A stretch of DNA of 5,359 nucleotides. Source: Escherichia phage phiX174. Below, one piece after another: positions 1 through 5,359 of the stretch. The DNA lies in sequence record AF299300.1. The stretch is one strand, 5' to 3'. Both the position numbers and the translations under genes were made by a program. Every line of letters begins with the position of its first letter. Within the stretch, counting starts at the first letter, position 1. The notes below the pieces were generated by a model. That model had not been told where the DNA came from. It did not search any database and worked only from the letters and a program-made list of their open reading frames with translations.

Positions 1-51
1 GAGTTTTATCGCTTCCATGACGCAGAAGTTAACACTTTCGGATATTTCTGA
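1..51 (+). CDS. B: Internal scaffolding protein B, C-terminal 16 codons plus stop; continuation of the ORF that leaves the window at 5359
   Basis: Frame from 1 reads [16 protein letters not shown] then TGA at 49-51, in frame with ATG at 5048. B lies in a different frame inside A. Confidence 0.9.
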   Translation, partial: EFYRFHDAEVNTFGYF

Positions 52-136
52 TGAGTCGAAAAATTATCTTGATAAAGCAGGAATTACTACTGCTTGTTTA
101 CGAATTAAATCGAAGTGGACTGCTGGCGGAAAATGA
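1..136 (+). CDS. A: Replication initiation protein A (and A*), C-terminal 45 codons; continuation of the ORF that leaves the window at 5359 (circular genome wrap)
   Basis: Codon spanning 5358-5359+1 is CAG; frame from 2 reads [44 protein letters not shown] then TGA at 134-136. Contiguous with the open frame 3954..5359. Matches the A C-terminus as I recall it. Confidence 0.9.
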   Translation, partial: SFIASMTQKLTLSDISDESKNYLDKAGITTACLRIKSKWTAGGK

Positions 137-221
137 GAAAATTCGACCTATCCTTGCGCAGCTCGAGAAGCTCTTACTTTGCGACCTTTCGCCATCAACT
201 AACGATTCTGTCAAAAACTGA
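51..221 (+). CDS. K: Protein K (small accessory protein, 56 aa)
   Basis: ATG at 51 shares one nt with the B stop (TGATG). Translates to [56 protein letters not shown], stop TGA 219-221. Absent from the ORF track only because it is under 60 aa. Overlaps A and C in the third frame. Confidence 0.88.
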   Translation: MSRKIILIKQELLLLVYELNRSGLLAENEKIRPILAQLEKLLLCDLSPSTNDSVKN

Positions 222-393
222 CGCGTTGGATGAGGAGAAGTGGCTTAATATGCTTGGCACGTTCGTCAAGGACTGGTTTAGATATGAGTCACATTTTGTT
301 CATGGTAGAGATTCTCTTGTTGACATTTTAAAAGAGCGTGGATTACTATCTGAGTCCGATGCTGTTCAACCACTAATAGGTAAGAAATCATGA
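133..393 (+). CDS. C: Protein C (DNA maturation / ssDNA synthesis switch, 86 aa)
   Basis: ORF track frame 115..393; canonical start is the ATG at 133 ([10 protein letters not shown]...), which overlaps the A stop as ATGA (133-136). Stop TGA 391-393 overlaps the D start. Confidence 0.9.
   Translation: MRKFDLSLRSSRSSYFATFRHQLTILSKTDALDEEKWLNMLGTFVKDWFRYESHFVHGRDSLVDILKERGLLSESDAVQPLIGKKS
320..358 (+). promoter_or_regulatory. Candidate sigma70 promoter PD inside gene C, driving the D-E-J-F-G-H transcripts
   Basis: TTGACA at 320-325, 18-nt spacer, TACTAT at 344-349; predicted start near 356-358. Consistent with the phiX174 D promoter being located within C. Confidence 0.5.
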
Positions 394-848
394 GTCAAGT
401 TACTGAACAATCCGTACGTTTCCAGACCGCTTTGGCCTCTATTAAGCTCATTCAGGCTTCTGCCGTTTTGGATTTAACCGAAGATGATTTCGATTTTCTG
501 ACGAGTAACAAAGTTTGGATTGCTACTGACCGCTCTCGTGCTCGTCGCTGCGTTGAGGCTTGCGTTTATGGTACGCTGGACTTTGTGGGATACCCTCGCT
601 TTCCTGCTCCTGTTGAGTTTATTGCTGCCGTCATTGCTTATTATGTTCATCCCGTCAACATTCAAACGGCCTGTCTCATCATGGAAGGCGCTGAATTTAC
701 GGAAAACATTATTAATGGCGTCGAGCGTCCGGTTAAAGCCGCTGAATTGTTCGCGCTTACCTTGCGTGTACGCGCAGGAAACACTGACGTTCTTACTGAC
801 GCAGAAGAAAACGTGCGTCAAAAATTACGTGCAGAAGGAGTGATGTAA
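390..848 (+). CDS. D: External scaffolding protein D (152 aa)
   Basis: ORF track 390..848, 152 aa, [19 protein letters not shown]...AEGVM. ATG 390 overlaps the C stop (ATGA); stop TAA 846-848 overlaps the J start (TAATG). Confidence 0.95.
   Translation: MSQVTEQSVRFQTALASIKLIQASAVLDLTEDDFDFLTSNKVWIATDRSRARRCVEACVYGTLDFVGYPRFPAPVEFIAAVIAYYVHPVNIQTACLIMEGAEFTENIINGVERPVKAAELFALTLRVRAGNTDVLTDAEENVRQKLRAEGVM
568..843 (+). CDS. E: Lysis protein E (91 aa, MraY inhibitor), embedded in D in the +1 frame
   Basis: ORF track frame 520..843; canonical start is the ATG at 568 (MVRWTLWDTLAFLLLLSLLLPSLLIMFIPSTFKRPV...), preceded by GAGG at 556-559. Hydrophobic N-terminal transmembrane segment. Stop TGA 841-843. 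Confidence 0.9.
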   Translation: MVRWTLWDTLAFLLLLSLLLPSLLIMFIPSTFKRPVSSWKALNLRKTLLMASSVRLKPLNCSRLPCVYAQETLTFLLTQKKTCVKNYVQKE

Positions 849-964
849 TGTCTAAAGGTAAAAAACGTTCTGGCGCTCGCCCTGGTCGTCCGCAGCCGTT
901 GCGAGGTACTAAAGGCAAGCGTAAAGGCGCTCGTCTTTGGTATGTAGGTGGTCAACAATTTTAA
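848..964 (+). CDS. J: DNA-binding / packaging protein J (38 aa, highly basic)
   Basis: ATG 848 with GGAG at 837-840. Translates to MSKGKKRSGARPGRPQPLRGTKGKRKGARLWYVGGQQF, stop TAA 962-964. Under 60 aa, so absent from the ORF track. Confidence 0.9.
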   Translation: MSKGKKRSGARPGRPQPLRGTKGKRKGARLWYVGGQQF

Positions 965-973
965 GGATAAATT
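965..973 (+). other. J-F intercistronic spacer, only 9 nt (GGATAAATT); carries the F Shine-Dalgarno; the hairpin expected here is absent
   Basis: J stop at 962-964 and F ATG at 974 are 9 nt apart. AAGGA at 963-967 (overlapping the J stop codon) sits 6 nt before the F ATG. No inverted repeat is present. Confidence 0.8.
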
Positions 974-2257
974 ATGTCTAATATTCAAACTGGCGCCGAG
1001 CGTATGCCGCATGACCTTTCCCATCTTGGCTTCCTTGCTGGTCAGATTGGTCGTCTTATTACCATTTCAACTACTCCGGTTATCGCTGGCGACTCCTTCG
1101 AGATGGACGCCGTTGGCGCTCTCCGTCTTTCTCCATTGCGTCGTGGCCTTGCTATTGACTCTACTGTAGACATTTTTACTTTTTATGTCCCTCATCGTCA
1201 CGTTTATGGTGAACAGTGGATTAAGTTCATGAAGGATGGTGTTAATGCCACTCCTCTCCCGACTGTTAACACTACTGGTTATATTGACCATGCCGCTTTT
1301 CTTGGCACGATTAACCCTGATACCAATAAAATCCCTAAGCATTTGTTTCAGGGTTATTTGAATATCTATAACAACTATTTTAAAGCGCCGTGGATGCCTG
1401 ACCGTACCGAGGCTAACCCTAATGAGCTTAATCAAGATGATGCTCGTTATGGTTTCCGTTGCTGCCATCTCAAAAACATTTGGACTGCTCCGCTTCCTCC
1501 TGAGACTGAGCTTTCTCGCCAAATGACGACTTCTACCACATCTATTGACATTATGGGTCTGCAAGCTGCTTATGCTAATTTGCATACTGACCAAGAACGT
1601 GATTACTTCATGCAGCGTTACCGTGATGTTATTTCTTCATTTGGAGGTAAAACCTCTTATGACGCTGACAACCGTCCTTTACTTGTCATGCGCTCTAATC
1701 TCTGGGCATCTGGCTATGATGTTGATGGAACTGACCAAACGTCGTTAGGCCAGTTTTCTGGTCGTGTTCAACAGACCTATAAACATTCTGTGCCGCGTTT
1801 CTTTGTTCCTGAGCATGGCACTATGTTTACTCTTGCGCTTGTTCGTTTTCCGCCTACTGCGACTAAAGAGATTCAGTACCTTAACGCTAAAGGTGCTTTG
1901 ACTTATACCGATATTGCTGGCGACCCTGTTTTGTATGGCAACTTGCCGCCGCGTGAAATTTCTATGAAGGATGTTTTCCGTTCTGGTGATCCGTCTAAGA
2001 AGTTTAAGATTGCTGAGGGTCAGTGGTATCGTTATGCGCCTTCGTATGTTTCTCCTGCTTATCACCTTCTTGAAGGCTTCCCATTCATTCAGGAACCGCC
2101 TTCTGGTGATTTGCAAGAACGCGTACTTATTCGCCACCATGATTATGACCAGTGTTTCCAGTCCGTTCAGTTGTTGCAGTGGAATAGTCAGGTTAAATTT
2201 AATGTGACCGTTTATCGCAATCTGCCGACCACTCGCGATTCAATCATGACTTCGTGA
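974..2257 (+). CDS. F: Major capsid protein F (427 aa)
   Basis: ORF track 974..2257, 427 aa, MSNIQTGAERMPHDLSHLGFLAGQIGRL...RDSIMTS. Recognised as the microvirus major coat protein. Confidence 0.96.
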   Translation: MSNIQTGAERMPHDLSHLGFLAGQIGRLITISTTPVIAGDSFEMDAVGALRLSPLRRGLAIDSTVDIFTFYVPHRHVYGEQWIKFMKDGVNATPLPTVNTTGYIDHAAFLGTINPDTNKIPKHLFQGYLNIYNNYFKAPWMPDRTEANPNELNQDDARYGFRCCHLKNIWTAPLPPETELSRQMTTSTTSIDIMGLQAAYANLHTDQERDYFMQRYRDVISSFGGKTSYDADNRPLLVMRSNLWASGYDVDGTDQTSLGQFSGRVQQTYKHSVPRFFVPEHGTMFTLALVRFPPTATKEIQYLNAKGALTYTDIAGDPVLYGNLPPREISMKDVFRSGDPSKKFKIAEGQWYRYAPSYVSPAYHLLEGFPFIQEPPSGDLQERVLIRHHDYDQCFQSVQLLQWNSQVKFNVTVYRNLPTTRDSIMTS

Positions 2258-2289
2258 TAAAAGATTGAGTGTGAGGTTATAACGCCGAA

Positions 2290-2315
2290 GCGGTAAAAAT
2301 TTTAATTTTTGCCGC
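2290..2315 (+). terminator. F-G intergenic stem-loop, candidate weak terminator / RNA-stability element (TF region)
   Basis: Inverted repeat GCGGTAAAAATT (2290-2301) / AATTTTTGCCGC (2304-2315), about 11-12 bp stem with one G-U pair. No clean downstream U-tract, so termination would be inefficient. A second small hairpin GCGAAGCGC lies at 2331-2339. Confidence 0.3.
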
Positions 2316-2367
2316 TGAGGGGTTGACCAAGCGAAGCGCGGTAGGTTTTCTGCTTAGGAGTTTAATC

Positions 2368-2895
2368 ATGTTTCAGACTTTTATTTCTCGCCATAATTCA
2401 AACTTTTTTTCTGATAAGCTGGTTCTCACTTCTGTTACTCCAGCTTCTTCGGCACCTGTTTTACAGACACCTAAAGCTACATCGTCAACGTTATATTTTG
2501 ATAGTTTGACGGTTAATGCTGGTAATGGTGGTTTTCTTCATTGCATTCAGATGGATACATCTGTCAACGCCGCTAATCAGGTTGTTTCTGTTGGTGCTGA
2601 TATTGCTTTTGATGCCGACCCTAAATTTTTTGCCTGTTTGGTTCGCTTTGAGTCTTCTTCGGTTCCGACTACCCTCTCGACTGCCTATGATGTTTATCCT
2701 TTGAATGGTCGCCATGATGGTGGTTATTATACCGTCAAGGACTGTGTGACTATTGACGTCCTTCCCCGTACGCCGGGCAATAATGTTTATGTTGGTTTCA
2801 TGGTTTGGTCTAACTTTACCGCTACTAAATGCCGCGGATTGGTTTCGCTGAATCAGGTTATTAAAGAGATTATTTGTCTCCAGCCACTTAAGTGA
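2368..2895 (+). CDS. G: Major spike protein G (175 aa)
   Basis: ORF track frame 2323..2895; canonical start is the ATG at 2368 ([18 protein letters not shown]...), preceded by AGGAG at 2356-2360 with 7-nt spacing. Stop TGA 2893-2895 lies inside the H Shine-Dalgarno. Confidence 0.93.
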   Translation: MFQTFISRHNSNFFSDKLVLTSVTPASSAPVLQTPKATSSTLYFDSLTVNAGNGGFLHCIQMDTSVNAANQVVSVGADIAFDADPKFFACLVRFESSSVPTTLSTAYDVYPLNGRHDGGYYTVKDCVTIDVLPRTPGNNVYVGFMVWSNFTATKCRGLVSLNQVIKEIICLQPLK

Positions 2896-2903
2896 GGTGA
2901 TTT

Positions 2904-3890
2904 ATGTTTGGTGCTATTGCTGGCGGTATTGCTTCTGCTCTTGCTGGTGGCGTCATGTCTAAATTGTTTGGAGGCGGTCAAAAAGCCGCCTCCGGTGGCA
3001 TTCAAGGTGATGTGCTTGCTACCGATAGCAATACTGTAGGCATGGGTGATGCTGGTATTAAATCTGCCATTCAAGGCTCTAATGTTCCTAACTCTGATGA
3101 GTCCGCCCCTAGTTTTGTTTCTGGTGTTATGGCTAAAGCTGGTAAAGGACTTCTTGAAGGTACGTTGCAGGCTGGCACTTCTGCCGTTTCTGATAAGTTG
3201 CTTGATTTGGTTGGACTTGGTGGCAAGTCTGCCGCTGATAAAGGAAAGGATACTCGTGATTATCTTGCTGCTGCATTTCCTGAGCTTAATGCTTGGGAGC
3301 GTGCTGGTGCTGATGCTTCCTCTGCTGGTATGGTTGACGCCGGATTTGAGAATCAAAAAGAGCTTACTAAAATGCAACTGGACAATCAGAAAGAGATTGC
3401 CGAGATGCAAGATGAGACTCAAAAAGAGATTGCTGGCATTCAGTCGGCGACTTCACGCCAGAATACGAAAGACCAGGTATATGCACAAAATGAGATGCTT
3501 GCTTATCAACAGAAGGAGTCTACTGCTCGCGTTGCGTCTATTATGGAAAACACCAATCTTTCCAAGCAACAGCAGGTTTCCGAGATTATGCGCCAAATGC
3601 TTACTCAAGCTCAAACGGCTGGTCAGTATTTTACCAATGACCAAATCAAAGAAATGACTCGCAAGGTTAGTGCTGAGGTTGACTTAGTTCATCAGCAAAC
3701 GCAGAATCAGCGGTATGGCTCTTCTCATATTGGCGCTACTGCAAAGGATATTTCTAATGTCGTCACTGATGCTGCTTCTGGTGTGGTTGATATTTTTCAT
3801 GGTATTGATAAAGCTGTTGCCGATACTTGGAACAATTTCTGGAAAGACGGTAAAGCTGATGGTATTGGCTCTAATTTGTCTAGGAAATAA
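2904..3890 (+). CDS. H: Minor spike / DNA pilot protein H (328 aa)
   Basis: ORF track 2904..3890, 328 aa, [16 protein letters not shown]...[16 protein letters not shown] precedes the ATG. Gly/Ala-rich N-terminus and Gln-rich coiled-coil region typical of H. Confidence 0.95.
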   Translation: MFGAIAGGIASALAGGVMSKLFGGGQKAASGGIQGDVLATDSNTVGMGDAGIKSAIQGSNVPNSDESAPSFVSGVMAKAGKGLLEGTLQAGTSAVSDKLLDLVGLGGKSAADKGKDTRDYLAAAFPELNAWERAGADASSAGMVDAGFENQKELTKMQLDNQKEIAEMQDETQKEIAGIQSATSRQNTKDQVYAQNEMLAYQQKESTARVASIMENTNLSKQQQVSEIMRQMLTQAQTAGQYFTNDQIKEMTRKVSAEVDLVHQQTQNQRYGSSHIGATAKDISNVVTDAASGVVDIFHGIDKAVADTWNNFWKDGKADGIGSNLSRK

Positions 3891-3899
3891 CCGTCAGGA

Positions 3900-3935
3900 T
3901 TGACACCCTCCCAATTGTATGTTTTCATGCCTCCA
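3900..3935 (+). promoter_or_regulatory. Candidate sigma70 promoter PA in the H-A intergenic region
   Basis: TTGACA at 3900-3905, 17-nt spacer, TTTCAT at 3923-3928 (weak -10); predicted start around 3935, inside the downstream hairpin. Confidence 0.45.
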
Positions 3936-3953
3936 AATCTTGGAGGCTTTTTT
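3929..3953 (+). terminator. Intrinsic terminator after H (TH): perfect 8-bp stem, 3-nt loop, T6 tract
   Basis: GCCTCCAA-ATC-TTGGAGGC at 3929-3947 followed by TTTTTT at 3948-3953. The 3' arm GGAGG (3942-3946) doubles as the Shine-Dalgarno for gene A (ATG 3954). Confidence 0.75.
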
Positions 3954-5359
3954 ATGGTTCGTTCTTATTACCCTTCTGAATGTCACGCTGATTATTTTGA
4001 CTTTGAGCGTATCGAGGCTCTTAAACCTGCTATTGAGGCTTGTGGCATTTCTACTCTTTCTCAATCCCCAATGCTTGGCTTCCATAAGCAGATGGATAAC
4101 CGCATCAAGCTCTTGGAAGAGATTCTGTCTTTTCGTATGCAGGGCGTTGAGTTCGATAATGGTGATATGTATGTTGACGGCCATAAGGCTGCTTCTGACG
4201 TTCGTGATGAGTTTGTATCTGTTACTGAGAAGTTAATGGATGAATTGGCACAATGCTACAATGTGCTCCCCCAACTTGATATTAATAACACTATAGACCA
4301 CCGCCCCGAAGGGGACGAAAAATGGTTTTTAGAGAACGAGAAGACGGTTACGCAGTTTTGCCGCAAGCTGGCTGCTGAACGCCCTCTTAAGGATATTCGC
4401 GATGAGTATAATTACCCCAAAAAGAAAGGTATTAAGGATGAGTGTTCAAGATTGCTGGAGGCCTCCACTATGAAATCGCGTAGAGGCTTTACTATTCAGC
4501 GTTTGATGAATGCAATGCGACAGGCTCATGCTGATGGTTGGTTTATCGTTTTTGACACTCTCACGTTGGCTGACGACCGATTAGAGGCGTTTTATGATAA
4601 TCCCAATGCTTTGCGTGACTATTTTCGTGATATTGGTCGTATGGTTCTTGCTGCCGAGGGTCGCAAGGCTAATGATTCACACGCCGACTGCTATCAGTAT
4701 TTTTGTGTGCCTGAGTATGGTACAGCTAATGGCCGTCTTCATTTCCATGCGGTGCATTTTATGCGGACACTTCCTACGGGTAGCGTTGACCCTAATTTTG
4801 GTCGTCGGGTACGCAATCGCCGCCAGTTAAATAGCTTGCAAAATACGTGGCCTTATGGTTACAGTATGCCCATCGCAGTTCGCTACACGCAGGACGCTTT
4901 TTCACGTTCTGGTTGGTTGTGGCCTGTTGATGCTAAAGGTGAGCCGCTTAAAGCTACCAGTTATATGGCTGTTGGTTTCTATGTGGCTAAATACGTTAAC
5001 AAAAAGTCAGATATGGACCTTGCTGCTAAAGGTCTAGGAGCTAAAGAATGGAACAACTCACTAAAAACCAAGCTGTCGCTACTTCCCAAGAAGCTGTTCA
5101 GAATCAGAATGAGCCGCAACTTCGGGATGAAAATGCTCACAATGACAAATCTGTCCACGGAGTGCTTAATCCAACTTACCAAGCTGGGTTACGACGCGAC
5201 GCCGTTCAACCAGATATTGAAGCAGAACGCAAAAAGAGAGATGAGATTGAGGCTGGGAAAAGTTACTGTAGCCGACGTTTTGGCGGCGCAACCTGTGACG
5301 ACAAATCTGCTCAAATTTATGCGCGCTTCGATAAAAATGATTGGCGTATCCAACCTGCA
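3954..5359 (+). CDS. A: Replication initiation protein A (rolling-circle endonuclease), N-terminal 468 codons; ORF continues at position 1 and ends at 136 (513 aa in total)
   Basis: ATG 3954 (MVRSYYPSECHADYFDFERIEALK...). The frame is open to the window end, which is why the ORF track does not list it. Contains the HFHAVHF and YVAKYVNKKSD motifs typical of a rolling-circle initiator. Confidence 0.93.
   Translation, partial: MVRSYYPSECHADYFDFERIEALKPAIEACGISTLSQSPMLGFHKQMDNRIKLLEEILSFRMQGVEFDNGDMYVDGHKAASDVRDEFVSVTEKLMDELAQCYNVLPQLDINNTIDHRPEGDEKWFLENEKTVTQFCRKLAAERPLKDIRDEYNYPKKKGIKDECSRLLEASTMKSRRGFTIQRLMNAMRQAHADGWFIVFDTLTLADDRLEAFYDNPNALRDYFRDIGRMVLAAEGRKANDSHADCYQYFCVPEYGTANGRLHFHAVHFMRTLPTGSVDPNFGRRVRNRRQLNSLQNTWPYGYSMPIAVRYTQDAFSRSGWLWPVDAKGEPLKATSYMAVGFYVAKYVNKKSDMDLAAKGLGAKEWNNSLKTKLSLLPKKLFRIRMSRNFGMKMLTMTNLSTECLIQLTKLGYDATPFNQILKQNAKREMRLRLGKVTVADVLAAQPVTTNLLKFMRASIKMIGVSNL
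4272..4301 (+). other. Origin of viral-strand (rolling-circle) replication: conserved 30-nt A-protein recognition and nick sequence inside gene A
   Basis: CAACTTGATATTAATAACACTATAGACCAC at 4272-4301. The A-protein nick falls between G4278 and A4279 (CTTG/ATATT). Followed by the small palindrome CCCCGAAGGGG. Confidence 0.8.
4470..5359 (+). CDS. A*: Protein A* (in-frame internal initiation within A), N-terminal part; continues at 1..136
   Basis: ATG 4470 is in the A frame and preceded by GGAGG at 4457-4461 with 8-nt spacing. Translates to MKSRRGFTIQRLMNAMRQAHADGWF... Confidence 0.75.
   Translation, partial: MKSRRGFTIQRLMNAMRQAHADGWFIVFDTLTLADDRLEAFYDNPNALRDYFRDIGRMVLAAEGRKANDSHADCYQYFCVPEYGTANGRLHFHAVHFMRTLPTGSVDPNFGRRVRNRRQLNSLQNTWPYGYSMPIAVRYTQDAFSRSGWLWPVDAKGEPLKATSYMAVGFYVAKYVNKKSDMDLAAKGLGAKEWNNSLKTKLSLLPKKLFRIRMSRNFGMKMLTMTNLSTECLIQLTKLGYDATPFNQILKQNAKREMRLRLGKVTVADVLAAQPVTTNLLKFMRASIKMIGVSNL
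4836..4872 (+). promoter_or_regulatory. Candidate promoter PB inside gene A, upstream of B
   Basis: TTGCAA at 4836-4841 with possible -10 TTACAG/TACAGT at 4859-4865. Weak match; exact position uncertain. Confidence 0.3.
5048..5359 (+). CDS. B: Internal scaffolding protein B, N-terminal 104 codons; continues at 1..51 (120 aa in total)
   Basis: ATG 5048 preceded by AGGAG at 5036-5040 with 7-nt spacing. Translates to MEQLTKNQAVATSQEAVQNQNEPQLRDENAHNDKSVHGVLNPTYQAGLRRDAVQPDIEAERKKRDEIEAGKSYCSRRFGGATCDDKSAQIYARFDKNDWRIQPA. Frame open to the window end, different frame from A. Confidence 0.92.
   Translation, partial: MEQLTKNQAVATSQEAVQNQNEPQLRDENAHNDKSVHGVLNPTYQAGLRRDAVQPDIEAERKKRDEIEAGKSYCSRRFGGATCDDKSAQIYARFDKNDWRIQPA

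Noticed and set aside
115-132. Longer N-terminal extensions suggested by the ORF track for C (from 115), E (from 520) and G (from 2323)
   Set aside because: The track reports the first ATG in each frame. The canonical starts (133, 568, 2368) give the known protein lengths (86, 91, 175 aa) and are the ones with Shine-Dalgarno sequences or start-stop coupling.
1-136. Treating the 5' and 3' ends as truncated genes of a larger bacterial or prophage region
   Set aside because: The ends join in frame to complete A, A* and B and recreate the PstI linearisation site, so the window is a whole circular genome rather than an excerpt.
2323-2328. TTGACC upstream of G as a dedicated G promoter
   Set aside because: No acceptable -10 hexamer follows at 16-19 nt spacing; a lone -35-like hexamer is expected by chance in this sequence.
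474-3422. Minus-strand ORFs in the track (474..821, 818..1024, 1067..1594, 1745..2140, 2491..2715, 2853..3422)
   Set aside because: phiX174-type phages express all known genes from one strand (the viral + strand sense). These ORFs lack Shine-Dalgarno sequences, are Arg/Ser/Ile-rich low-complexity translations of the antisense of real genes, and match no protein I recognise.
3046-3657. 203-aa alternate-frame ORF inside gene H, and similar Leu/Phe-rich + strand ORFs (948..1169, 1545..1748, 1971..2207, 2516..2704, 3715..3903, 3919..4236, 4594..4830, 4855..5037)
   Set aside because: They are extremely Leu/Val/Phe-rich, which is what a T-rich genome with T-biased third positions produces when read out of frame. 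None has a good ribosome-binding site or corresponds to a known phiX174 product. Tempting given this phage's real overlapping genes, but the sequence alone gives no positive evidence.
1-5359. Novel defence system, toxin-antitoxin pair, CRISPR array, integrase/transposase or tRNA
   Set aside because: Every base is accounted for by the eleven microvirus genes and three short intergenic regions. There are no direct-repeat arrays, no tRNA-like cloverleaf candidates, and no terminal inverted repeats or recombinase-like ORFs.

Overview
This window is not a novel system. It is a complete, circularly permuted genome of a phiX174-type microvirus (Microviridae, ssDNA coliphage), opened inside genes A and B. 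I recognise it from the protein sequences and gene order. All eleven canonical genes (A, A*, B, K, C, D, E, J, F, G, H) are present on the + strand, intact and in the canonical order, with the known frame overlaps (A/A*/B/K/C, D/E, ATGA and TAATG start-stop overlaps). The window is 5359 nt; the reference genome as I remember it is 5386 nt. The one structural difference I can see is a 27-nt gap: the J-F intercistronic spacer is only 9 nt (965-973), and the GC-rich hairpin that normally sits there (the terminator after J) is missing. Every gene after J sits exactly 27 nt earlier than the reference coordinates I recall, and nothing before J is shifted. I also suspect about six nonsynonymous substitutions in gene H, but that rests on memory of the reference and needs an alignment. 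No tRNA, rRNA, CRISPR array, insertion sequence or defence/toxin cargo is present. Antisense and alternate-frame ORFs in the supplied track are best explained as composition artefacts of a T-rich genome.
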